From Candidatus Parcubacteria bacterium (GTDB lineage: Bacteria; Patescibacteriota; Patescibacteriia; Patescibacteriales; UBA12075), in the NCBI GenBank assembly GCA_002869165.1, contig PKTK01000005.1:2553-66552 (forward strand): 64,000 nt of DNA. The letters are read 5' to 3'. Below, piece after piece: positions 17,943 to 27,022 of the stretch (position 1 is the first letter of the stretch; each line of letters starts with the position of its first letter). The translations under genes and the position numbers were made by a program. Below the pieces are notes generated by a model, which made no database searches, was not told the DNA's origin, and worked only from the letters and a program-made list of their open reading frames with translations.

Positions 17943-20207
17943 TTATTGTCTTTTAAAATTTCTTTTGGGTCTATCACCGTTATTAAACTTTTTTCTAAAT
18001 CCACCATTTCCACCATTTCCACCAAATCCACCAACTTGTTTACCTTTTTCTTCTTTCCACAAATCTTCATTCTCCTTTAAACCTTTCATGGTTAGATTTA
18101 CTCTTCCCTGATCATCAATTTCTTTTACTCTCACAGTTACTACATCTCCTTCACTTACAAAATCACTTGGCTTACCAACTCTATATGGAGCCATTTCGCT
18201 TACATGAACCATTCCATCTCTACCGGGTAAAAGCTCTACAAACGCACCAAAATCAAGCATGCGAACAACTTTTCCAGTAAAGATTTCTCCAGCTTCAATT
18301 TCTCTTACAATATCTTGAATCCATTTAACTGCCTTTGCTGCTCCCTCAGCGTCATTTCCGCAGACCATCACAAGTCCATCATCTTCAATATCAATTTGTA
18401 CATCACAAACATCAATTATTTCATTGATTACCTTTCCACCTGTACCAATAACCTCTCTTATTTTTTCTGGATCAATATGAAATGAAGTAATACGTGGCGC
18501 ATACGGAGATAAATCTTTATTTGGCTCAGGGATTGTATCAGTGATCACTTTTAATATTTTGAGTCTAGCTGTTTTAGCTTGTCTTAAAGCTTCTTTTACG
18601 ATCTCTGCATTCAAACCATCTGTTTTTGTATCAAGCTGAATTGCAGTTATACCGTCTTCTGTACCAGTTACTTTAAAATCCATACCACCCTTACCATCTT
18701 CTAAATCTTGGATATCGGTAATGACTTGCCAAGAGCTCATATCAGGATAACTAGCCAGACCAATGGCAATACCAGCAACTGGTTTTTTAATTGGAATACC
18801 TGCATGCATACAAGCAAGAGTTGATGCGCAAGTTGCCCCCATGGAACTAGACCCGTTAGAACCCAATGTTTCTGAAACGAGTCTAATAGTGTAAGGAAAG
18901 TCTTCTTTACTTGGCATCATTGGTTCAAGTGCCTTTTCAGCTAAAGCGCCATGTCCAATATCTCTTCTAGAGGTTCCTCTATTTGGTCTGGTCTCGCCAA
19001 CTGAAAATGCTGGAAAATTGTAATGATGCATGAAAGTCTTTTTAGAATTTCCCTCTAATCCTTCTAAGCTTTGAGCGAGTCCTGCCGCTCCTAATGTAGC
19101 CACTGTCAACACTTGAGTTTCACCACGAGAAAAAAGTCCAGCCCCGTGATTTCTTGGTAGAATATCAACATCAGCTTCTAGGTTACGGATATCTTCAATA
19201 TCACGGCCATCAACCCTTCTTTTATTTTCAATAATCTCTTTGGTAATTTCAGTATCAATTGCTTTTTGCACAGTTTTGCCAATCGCAAATTTTCTATGAT
19301 CTGAGCCAATTCCTTCAGAAAACAAATACTCATCCAGTTGATCTTTGATGGCTTCAACAGCTAACTTCCTTTCACCTTTTGTGTAATATTCTTTATTAAA
19401 TAATATTTGGTTTACATTCTGACCAAGCCAAGCTTCTGCTTTTTTAAGCAATTCTTCTTTTTCCTTTTCTGCTTCTTGTTCATCAACATTCTTTTTTTGT
19501 TCTTTTTCTTCGTGTTTTTTTATTTCTACTTTTGAAGCCATTTCTTTAATCAAGTCAATAACTGGTTTGAGTTCCTTTTGACCGGCTAAAATTGCTTCAT
19601 ACATCAAATCTTCCTTAACTTCCTTGCCGCCTGCCTCAATCATTAAAGTTTTTTCTTCAGTTCCAGCTACAATTAAATCAAGTGAAGAATTCTCTCTTTG
19701 TTCATAGGTTGGATTAAAAACAAACTTGTCTTCCATTATACCAACTCTAATACCACCAATTGGCCCCTTCCAATCCGCACCAGAAATTGACAATGCAGCA
19801 GAAGCTGCAATAAGTCCAACGATATCATAATCATTTTCCTGATCTACTGATAAAGTAGTAAGGACTACTTGAATATCTTTACGAACTGAGTCATCAAAAA
19901 GAGGTCTGATAGATCTATCAATCATCCGACCAGTCAGAACTGACTCATCACTTGGTCTACCTTCACGCTTCACCCACTGTGAACCTTTGATAATACCAGC
20001 AGCATAAAGCTTTTCCTCAAATTCAACCATCAAAGGAAAGAAGTCAACTCCTTCTCTTTCATATTTGGCCTGAACTACCGTAGCCAAAACAACCGTATCT
20101 CCGTATTGTACGGTTACAGCTGAATCAGCTTGTTTTGCAAGCTTACCTGTTTTAATTGTTAGAGTACGGCCAAGCCACTCACAACTGAAAACATTTTCAT
20201 TTTTCAT
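17943..20207 (-). CDS. pnp: polyribonucleotide nucleotidyltransferase (PNPase) with Gly/Asn/basic C-terminal tail
   Basis: Two RNase PH domains, KH and S1 (GKVVRMLDFGAFVELLPGRDGMVHVSE). There is an extra ~45-aa tail, KGKQVGGFGGNGGNGGFRKKFNNGDRPKRNFKRQ. Confidence 0.95.
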   Translation of the reverse strand: MKNENVFSCEWLGRTLTIKTGKLAKQADSAVTVQYGDTVVLATVVQAKYEREGVDFFPLMVEFEEKLYAAGIIKGSQWVKREGRPSDESVLTGRMIDRSIRPLFDDSVRKDIQVVLTTLSVDQENDYDIVGLIAASAALSISGADWKGPIGGIRVGIMEDKFVFNPTYEQRENSSLDLIVAGTEEKTLMIEAGGKEVKEDLMYEAILAGQKELKPVIDLIKEMASKVEIKKHEEKEQKKNVDEQEAEKEKEELLKKAEAWLGQNVNQILFNKEYYTKGERKLAVEAIKDQLDEYLFSEGIGSDHRKFAIGKTVQKAIDTEITKEIIENKRRVDGRDIEDIRNLEADVDILPRNHGAGLFSRGETQVLTVATLGAAGLAQSLEGLEGNSKKTFMHHYNFPAFSVGETRPNRGTSRRDIGHGALAEKALEPMMPSKEDFPYTIRLVSETLGSNGSSSMGATCASTLACMHAGIPIKKPVAGIAIGLASYPDMSSWQVITDIQDLEDGKGGMDFKVTGTEDGITAIQLDTKTDGLNAEIVKEALRQAKTARLKILKVITDTIPEPNKDLSPYAPRITSFHIDPEKIREVIGTGGKVINEIIDVCDVQIDIEDDGLVMVCGNDAEGAAKAVKWIQDIVREIEAGEIFTGKVVRMLDFGAFVELLPGRDGMVHVSEMAPYRVGKPSDFVSEGDVVTVRVKEIDDQGRVNLTMKGLKENEDLWKEEKGKQVGGFGGNGGNGGFRKKFNNGDRPKRNFKRQ

Positions 20208-20221
20208 GTGTTTCTTGTGAA

Positions 20222-20280
20222 TTGACCACGAGATTAAAGACTAGTAGAAAATCTACATGATCTCAATATCTCATGGTCAA
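20222..20280 (-). promoter_or_regulatory. long stem-loop in the pnp 5' leader
   Basis: TTGACCACGAGAT (20222-20234) and ATCTCATGGTCAA (20268-20280) form 13 bp. The single non-Watson-Crick position is a U.G pair only in the minus-strand (pnp sense) RNA. The stem lies 15-73 nt upstream of the ATG. Confidence 0.5.
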
Positions 20281-20369
20281 CTATTATTATAAATTATTAA
20301 CTGAAAACTATTGGTATAATTTTCAATTTATAATTCTGGAACAGAAATTTTCTGCTCCAGATTTCCGTC

Positions 20370-20558
20370 TTATTCTTTAATTTTTCGTATCCTTCTGCTC
20401 TGCTTCAAAATATTTTTTGTCTTTCTTTTAAAATCAGGATTATTTAATATTTTTTCAAACCTTTTGGCAATACCTGGCGAAAACAATTCTCTTGCTTTTA
20501 TTTTTAACTCTGGATGATAACCACAAAACTCTCTGCAAAAAAAAGACACGGATTGCAT
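20370..20558 (-). CDS. small basic hypothetical protein
   Basis: 62 aa, starts 13 nt after the NYN gene stop, Lys/Arg-rich C-terminus. No motif recognised. Confidence 0.35.
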   Translation of the reverse strand: MQSVSFFCREFCGYHPELKIKARELFSPGIAKRFEKILNNPDFKRKTKNILKQSRRIRKIKE

Positions 20559-20570
20559 TTTAACATCCTT

Positions 20571-21071
20571 TTATTTTCTAAGTAAATACTTCTTTGAATC
20601 ACTTAGATTCAAAAAGTCGTCTGATGAATCAATTAAAGCCGAAGAGGTAGTTTGCCTAAAGCCAACTACCTCTACTAAACAGCCTTTTGTATTTTGAATA
20701 TATTCAACGAGTGGTAAATAATCACCATCGCCTGATACAATTATAATAACATCAAGTTTTGAAGCAAGTTTAATTGCATCCATAGCAATTCCAACATCCC
20801 AATCTGCTTTTTTTGCGCCACCCGCAAAAATTTGCAAGTCTTTCATTTTCACCTCAAAACCCTGTGAAGAAAGCGCTTCAAAAAATGGAGTCTCTTCCTC
20901 AGTTTCAGTTTTAATTACATAAGCAATGGCTCTAACTAATTTTCTGCCTGCAACTGATGCTTTTAAAACTTCATTGAAATTAACTCTGGTGTGATACAAA
21001 TTTTTTGCAGAGTGGTACATGTTTGATACGTCCACCAATACGCCTACTCTCTGCTCCTTGTGTTTTATCAT
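20571..21071 (-). CDS. NYN-domain (LabA-like, PIN-related) putative ribonuclease
   Basis: GVLVDVSNMYHSA at the N-terminus and IIIVSGDGDYLPLV, the NYN/LabA signature. Confidence 0.7.
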   Translation of the reverse strand: MIKHKEQRVGVLVDVSNMYHSAKNLYHTRVNFNEVLKASVAGRKLVRAIAYVIKTETEEETPFFEALSSQGFEVKMKDLQIFAGGAKKADWDVGIAMDAIKLASKLDVIIIVSGDGDYLPLVEYIQNTKGCLVEVVGFRQTTSSALIDSSDDFLNLSDSKKYLLRK

Positions 21072-21164
21072 AGTAAATATTAAATACTAAATCACGAATC
21101 CTAAATAAATTCAAAAACAGTAAATTTTAATGTTTAAAACTTTTTATTTTAGATTTAAATAAAT

Positions 21165-21527
21165 TTATACTTCTTCTTCCTCTTCTTCAACTTCTTCCTC
21201 CATTGCCATTAAAGCTTCTTCTTTTCTTTTCTTTTCTTCTTCATCGTCAATCATTTTTTTAGCAATTTTAAGCTTAAGTTTTTTTGCCAAATCTTTGAAA
21301 GATTCTTCATTTTCTTTTTGTAAATACTTAAGAAGTCTTCTTCTTTCGCCTACCTTTTTAAGCAAACCTCTTCTTGAAGAATGGTCTTGTTTGTGTGATT
21401 TTAGGTGATCTGATAATTGAGCTATTTCTTCAGTTAAAATAGCAATTTGCACCTCTGTTGAACCAGTATCATTTTCGTGTTTTTTAAATCTGTTAATGAT
21501 ACGTTGTTTTACTTTTTTGTCTATCAT
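21165..21527 (-). CDS. rpsO: 30S ribosomal protein S15 with acidic C-terminal extension
   Basis: [49 protein letters not shown] is canonical S15. It is 120 aa, about 30 aa longer than I recall for typical S15 (~89 aa, from memory), and ends [11 protein letters not shown]. Confidence 0.9.
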   Translation of the reverse strand: MIDKKVKQRIINRFKKHENDTGSTEVQIAILTEEIAQLSDHLKSHKQDHSSRRGLLKKVGERRRLLKYLQKENEESFKDLAKKLKLKIAKKMIDDEEEKKRKEEALMAMEEEVEEEEEEV

Positions 21528-21848
21528 TTTTTTCTTTTCCCTAACCGAGAATAGCTTATTTACCTAAACCAAGAAAGGGTCATTAATTATTTAGTGTTAA
21601 ACAAGTCAACAATAACATTTTTTTTGAAAATTTGCAATACTTTATTCATATTAAAAATAATTACCTGTATATATATAAAATCACAAACAATATTGACTAA
21701 AAACATCTTTTATAATATACTAATTTTTACTTAATATTAGATAAAAATTTATTATACTTAATATATGCTTTATTACAAGCTTATTATTAATATTATTTTA
21801 ATATTTTTATAATATATTATAAGTAAGAATAATAAATAAATTAAAAAT

Positions 21849-22538
21849 ATGACAATACTAGTAGTTGAAGATGAAATTAAAATTACAAGATTTATAAAAA
21901 AGGGGTTGGAAATGGAACACTACACAGTAGACACAGCTTATGATGGAGAAGAAGCCTTGGATAAAATCGAAATAAATGATTATGATTTAATTATTTTAGA
22001 TATTATGCTCCCCAAAATTAATGGAATAGAAGTATGCGCAAAAGTAAGAGAAAAAAAGATTGAAGCCCCTATTATCATGTTAACTGCCAAGGATACTGTT
22101 GATGATCGTATCAAAGGACTTGATGCAGGAGCAGATGATTATTTGGTTAAACCTTTTGCTTTTGGTGAATTACTGGCTAGAATTCGAGCTTTATTGCGCA
22201 GAGAAAAAACCACCAAAGCAACCAAGCTAAAGGTGGGTGATCTTGTACTTGATCCAGCAACTCATGAAGTTTTTCGTGGAGACAAAGAAATCGAATTATC
22301 AAGTAAAGAATATCGTTTATTAGATTATATGATGCGTAGACCAGGAAATGTTTGCACTAGAACCATGATTGGCGAACATATTTGGGGTTACAATTTTAAT
22401 GATGACTCAAATGTAATTGATGTCTATATAAGTTATTTAAGAAAAAAAATTGATACTGGTTTTAATAAAAAACTTATTCACACAATAAGAGATGTAGGCT
22501 ACAAAATTCAGTACAAATCTAGACCTATTAATAGATAA
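21849..22538 (+). CDS. OmpR/PhoB-family response regulator
   Basis: Receiver domain (ILVVEDE, DLIILDIMLP, KP) plus a winged-helix C-terminus (IHTIRDVGYKI). Confidence 0.9.
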   Translation: MTILVVEDEIKITRFIKKGLEMEHYTVDTAYDGEEALDKIEINDYDLIILDIMLPKINGIEVCAKVREKKIEAPIIMLTAKDTVDDRIKGLDAGADDYLVKPFAFGELLARIRALLRREKTTKATKLKVGDLVLDPATHEVFRGDKEIELSSKEYRLLDYMMRRPGNVCTRTMIGEHIWGYNFNDDSNVIDVYISYLRKKIDTGFNKKLIHTIRDVGYKIQYKSRPINR

Positions 22539-22545
22539 CAAAAAA

Positions 22546-25428
22546 ATGGATCCAAAAACTTTTTTTGAAATAAAAGATAGCGTTTTTCCTGTGCGTGGAC
22601 TAAAGTCCACGTTAAATTTTTTACTTAAAAAAATTGATTCAATAGAAGAAAATATAAACTTAAATGCAATTTATGAGATAATTTCTATCAATTTAAAAAA
22701 GCACAACATTAGTTCTCTTATTTCCATTATTGATGAGGCTAATAGTAGTGTTTTTATTAAACACTACTCCTTACCAAAAAAAATTGAAGCAATGATACAA
22801 AAGAAAGAATTTTCTGTTAATTCTTTCAAAAAAACCAGTCACTATAATAATTGCATTGAGAGAAAAAAGTCGATTTATATCAAAAAAAGGATTAATAGCA
22901 TAATAAAAGACCATAAACTTGAAAAGGAAATTCCTGAAACTCACAATGAGATAAATTCGATTATTTCTCCTTTAATTTTACGCGGCGAAATAATTGGGAT
23001 TATTGAAATACTTTCAAAAGATCTTACTCGAAATGATATACAAGCAGTTGATGACTTTTCAAAGCGACTTGTTTCTTCAATTACTAACAACATCTTTTTC
23101 CATGAAATAATAAGTTCGGAAAAAAAATATCGTACTCTTTTTACAAACTCAAGCGATGGCTTGGCTTTTTTTGATTTAGAAAAACAAAGATTTATTGAAA
23201 TCAATAGATCAATGGAAAAAATTATTTCTTTTTCAGAACAAGAATTAAAAAAAATAAACCTAAGCAAACTTCTTTTAAACCACCAAAATAACCGTCTATT
23301 AAAAATGGTGTCAAACATAAGAAAAAATGAATACGGTTACAAATTACCTCTAAAAATTTCTGAAATCATAATAGACAAAAACGGAAATGAAAGATTTTGC
23401 AATATTGAGATCAACCAAACAACTGATAAAAATATTTTATATTTTAATTTTCAAGACATAACTGAAAAAAAGAGAATTGAAAATCTCCTTAAACAAAGCG
23501 AAGAAAAATATCGACGTTTAGTTGATCAAGCTAGTGATGGTGTCATTTTATTAAATACAAAAGGGTTAATAACATTCGCTAATGAAGCTACCTCTGAAAT
23601 TCTTAGCTATCCAATAAATGAAATAATTAATAGCCATTTTTCAAAATTTCTTCACCCAGGTGATTTTTTCATGGTTAAAGAAAGATTCAGTGCTAGAATA
23701 GCCAACAAAATAGCACCAACTAATTATGAATTTCGAATTAAAACAAAAGATAAAAAAACAAAACATATCAGTTACATTGGTAGCATAATTAAGCAAAACA
23801 AAAAAATAACTGGTATTCAAGCAACAATTATAGATATAAGTAAGAGTGTAGAACTACAAAAGAAAATCAAAGAATCAAAAAGACATTACGAAAACGTCAT
23901 TGATTCCATTCAAGATGACATTGTAGTGATTAGAAAAAACTTTAAAATTGCAAGTTGCAACAAATCATTTGCCAAAAGTATAGGCATGTCGCCAGAAAAA
24001 CTTAAAGATGAATATTGTTATAATATTTTCCCAAAATATAAAAAGAACATTTTAAAAAGTCACTGTTCTAAAAAATTCTGCTACTCAGTCTGTAAGAATA
24101 TTAAGATTTTTGAAAATGGAAAAAAACAAACATATTACGAAACTATAAAAAATCACAATGGCAAAAATTATTACTACGTAATCAAAACTTTTCCAGTAAA
24201 AGAACAAAATGAAACTCGTGAAATTGTTATAACCATAAGAGACGTTAGTGAAAAATATAGAGCCGAAGAAGAAAATAAAAGACTTACAGAACTTACTAAA
24301 AAAATTCTTGATGCTTCTCCGGTTAGTATTATTGCCTTAGATAAAAGAGGTATTATTTTAGCAGCAAACAACCTAGCCAGAATAATGATGGAAACAAAAG
24401 AACAACCCCTGGTTGGAAGAAAATTAACTAACACCAAAGAAATAAAAAATAATTCCATAATACAGAAAAAGTATCATGAGCTTTTAACAAATGGTCATTC
24501 TTTTTTCTATGACAATCTTTCTTATTACGATAGTAAAAGCAAAGAAAAAAAATATCTTAATATAATTGCTGTTCCCTTATATGAACAAAAAGGTAGAATA
24601 AGCGGAGCTATATCTATGGCAATTGATAATACTGAAAAAATATTAGCCCAAAATAAATTAGAAAAATTAAATGAAGAACTGGAAAGAAAAGTAAAAAAAA
24701 GAACCGAAGAACTTTATAATACAAACAGAGAACTTAGTAAAGTACTAAAACTAAAGTCAAAATTTATTTCAGATGCAAGTCACGAACTTAGAACCCCGCT
24801 AACCATCATACAAGGCAATTTGGATCTAGCCATTAGTGAAAGCTTAAAAGAAAAAAACAATATACCTGAAAGCTATGAGCTAATAAAAAAAGAAATTGAA
24901 CAAATGACTGGCATTTTGTCAGATTTAACCATGCTAACGAATGCTGACTCAAACAGTGAAAAGATTAATTCTGAAAAAATTGACCTCAATCTACTAGCCA
25001 AGGCCGTAGCGCAATCTCTAATGGTAATAGCAGATCAAAAAAACATACAACTTAAAGCACATTTAGAAAATAAAAGTGTAATTTTTATAGGCGATGAAAC
25101 AAAACTTGAAAGACTACTACTAAATATTACACTAAATGCAATTAAATACACAGAAAAGGGCTCTGTTGAAATATTCGTAAAAAAAGACAAAAACCAGTTA
25201 AGGTTGATTGTTAAAGATACAGGCATCGGTATTCCTGAAGAAGATCTTCCATATATTTTTGAACGTTTTTACAGAGTAGATAAAGCCAGATCCAGAAATA
25301 TAGGCGGAACTGGTCTTGGTTTGTCAATATGCAAATGGATTGCTGAAGCTCATAATGGAAGTATAATAGTAGACTCCAAGCTCAACGAAGGCACAACCTT
25401 TACAACAATACTTCCTTTAAACAAATAA
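22546..25428 (+). CDS. soluble multi-PAS sensor histidine kinase
   Basis: No TM segment. Several PAS-like modules, then H-box SHELRTPLT, N-box LNAIKYT, DTGIGI and GGTGLGLS. One module carries a Cys cluster (C-x20-C ... HCSKKFCYSVC). Confidence 0.9.
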   Translation: MDPKTFFEIKDSVFPVRGLKSTLNFLLKKIDSIEENINLNAIYEIISINLKKHNISSLISIIDEANSSVFIKHYSLPKKIEAMIQKKEFSVNSFKKTSHYNNCIERKKSIYIKKRINSIIKDHKLEKEIPETHNEINSIISPLILRGEIIGIIEILSKDLTRNDIQAVDDFSKRLVSSITNNIFFHEIISSEKKYRTLFTNSSDGLAFFDLEKQRFIEINRSMEKIISFSEQELKKINLSKLLLNHQNNRLLKMVSNIRKNEYGYKLPLKISEIIIDKNGNERFCNIEINQTTDKNILYFNFQDITEKKRIENLLKQSEEKYRRLVDQASDGVILLNTKGLITFANEATSEILSYPINEIINSHFSKFLHPGDFFMVKERFSARIANKIAPTNYEFRIKTKDKKTKHISYIGSIIKQNKKITGIQATIIDISKSVELQKKIKESKRHYENVIDSIQDDIVVIRKNFKIASCNKSFAKSIGMSPEKLKDEYCYNIFPKYKKNILKSHCSKKFCYSVCKNIKIFENGKKQTYYETIKNHNGKNYYYVIKTFPVKEQNETREIVITIRDVSEKYRAEEENKRLTELTKKILDASPVSIIALDKRGIILAANNLARIMMETKEQPLVGRKLTNTKEIKNNSIIQKKYHELLTNGHSFFYDNLSYYDSKSKEKKYLNIIAVPLYEQKGRISGAISMAIDNTEKILAQNKLEKLNEELERKVKKRTEELYNTNRELSKVLKLKSKFISDASHELRTPLTIIQGNLDLAISESLKEKNNIPESYELIKKEIEQMTGILSDLTMLTNADSNSEKINSEKIDLNLLAKAVAQSLMVIADQKNIQLKAHLENKSVIFIGDETKLERLLLNITLNAIKYTEKGSVEIFVKKDKNQLRLIVKDTGIGIPEEDLPYIFERFYRVDKARSRNIGGTGLGLSICKWIAEAHNGSIIVDSKLNEGTTFTTILPLNK

Positions 25429-25473
25429 AAAAATAGACTTACAAATTAAGTCTATTTTTTTATTTGTGCAAAA

Positions 25474-25848
25474 TTATTTTTTCCAAAGTCCGTGCAAATT
25501 ACAATACGCTCTGGCACTTACGTCAGTAGCTGTAATTTTAAACTTTGCAGTTGGCAAATCGCCTGGTTTTAGGTTCTTTCGATAAACTTTATTTGGAGTA
25601 ATTATCTCAATCCACTCAATAAAGTGAGCTTCTTCCATAGGGTGATCCACTTCTCCAATTCTTACAATTATTTCGTCTTCTGTTTTTTTAATCACTGGAA
25701 CGTGTTTTTCGACAGCAGCATCCACTGTATTCTCTTCCATTAATCCCATTGGTGCTCCACAACAAACCAGTTGACCTGGCCCAATATGCAAAACTTCTAC
25801 AATATTGCCACAAGCTTCACATTTATAAATTTGATTTTGTTGAGTCAT
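25474..25848 (-). CDS. dfx: desulfoferrodoxin (2Fe superoxide reductase)
   Basis: N-terminal desulforedoxin [10 protein letters not shown]...CCG and a C-terminal SOR domain ([20 protein letters not shown]), 124 aa. Confidence 0.9.
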   Translation of the reverse strand: MTQQNQIYKCEACGNIVEVLHIGPGQLVCCGAPMGLMEENTVDAAVEKHVPVIKKTEDEIIVRIGEVDHPMEEAHFIEWIEIITPNKVYRKNLKPGDLPTAKFKITATDVSARAYCNLHGLWKK

Positions 25849-25857
25849 ATTTTTATG

Positions 25858-26382
25858 TTAATTATATTTTTTATTCATCTCTTCATCCAACACAATGTGG
25901 TCTTTTTCAACATTCATAATTGCCTCAAACACTTCCCTGACTCTGTCTTCTGTTGCTTCAGAAAGTGCTTTAGCATAAAATTCTACTGCTCGCTCCTCTC
26001 GATCTTGTGATGCTTTTAAACAAGCCGCTACATCATCTTCGCAGGCCTCATTTATTTCTGGAAGGTTTTCGGGTTTGAGAATTTTTTCAAACACTTCAGC
26101 GTGTTCTCTTTCAACTTTGTAAAGCCCTTTGAACATCAAAGCAACTTCTGTGTTTGACAAAGTCTTGGAAGCGCATTTATAAAAAGAGGCATTAGACAGC
26201 TCTAATTTCAAAGCGTCTTCAAAATTTTTTCTACTAACTTCACTCAACTCAACGTTATTGGTGTCTTTCCAAACATGAGCTAAGCCTAAATACTTTTGTG
26301 CTACTCCGCAAAAAGGACATGTTGGCGGAATATTATCGCCAATATACACCTCTCCACAAATTCGACATACAAAAATTTTCAT
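25858..26382 (-). CDS. reverse rubrerythrin-like protein (N-terminal rubredoxin-type site + ferritin-like domain)
   Basis: CRICGEVY...CPFCG at the N-terminus, followed by four-helix-bundle E/H motifs (KVEREHAE, NVEKDH). Confidence 0.7.
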   Translation of the reverse strand: MKIFVCRICGEVYIGDNIPPTCPFCGVAQKYLGLAHVWKDTNNVELSEVSRKNFEDALKLELSNASFYKCASKTLSNTEVALMFKGLYKVEREHAEVFEKILKPENLPEINEACEDDVAACLKASQDREERAVEFYAKALSEATEDRVREVFEAIMNVEKDHIVLDEEMNKKYN

Positions 26383-26384
26383 AT

Positions 26385-26969
26385 TTAATAAATTTCATTT
26401 TTTAATTGATAATAAGACTGAGGATGTCCACAAGCAGGACAAGTATCAGGAGCTTCTAGTCCTTTGTGTTCATAGCCACATTCTCGGCAAACCCATGATT
26501 GTTCTGTATCTCTCTTGTAAACCTGACCAGCTTCTATATTTACAAGAAGTTTTTGATATCTTTCTTCGTGATGAGCTTCAGCTACAGCAATATTTCTAAG
26601 TCTTTTGGCAATGTCTACCAAACCTTCTTCGTCTGCTACTTTTGCAAAATCAGGATACATATTTGTGTGTTCATGATTTTCGCCCGCAATAGCTGCCTTT
26701 AAATTTTCAATAGTAGTAGCAACTATAGTTGGACACCCTGCCTCCAAAGTTATTTCAGAATAATCATCGCTTGACTTGGCTTTTAAATCGTTGATCATTT
26801 GCATCAACCATTTGGCATGCTCCTTTTCTTGTTCAGCAGTTTCTGTAAAAATTGCGGCGATCTGTTCAAACCCCTCTTTTTTGGCAATGCTTGCATACAT
26901 ACTATATCTGTTTCTTGCTTGAGATTCACCAATAAAGGCTGCTGCTAGATTTTTAATTGTTTTTTCCAT
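26385..26969 (-). CDS. rbr: rubrerythrin
   Basis: GESQARNRY, EQEKEHAKW and EAHHEERY diiron motifs, plus C-terminal CRECGYEH...CPACGHP. I use the ATG at 26969 (MEKTIKNL). The track start 27044 would overlap mutM. Confidence 0.85.
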   Translation of the reverse strand: MEKTIKNLAAAFIGESQARNRYSMYASIAKKEGFEQIAAIFTETAEQEKEHAKWLMQMINDLKAKSSDDYSEITLEAGCPTIVATTIENLKAAIAGENHEHTNMYPDFAKVADEEGLVDIAKRLRNIAVAEAHHEERYQKLLVNIEAGQVYKRDTEQSWVCRECGYEHKGLEAPDTCPACGHPQSYYQLKNEIY

Positions 26970-27022
26970 AATATTTATCTTTTTTGCACCAACTAAAAGT
27001 ATAATGCTAAAAGTATTAATAA

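Noticed and set aside
21528-21848. A regulatory RNA or S15 autoregulatory pseudoknot in the rpsO leader and divergent promoter region.
   Set aside because: I could find only weak, ambiguous pairings (CCCT/AGGG, repeated GGTTTAGG/GGTTAGG). There is not enough in the sequence alone to support a call.
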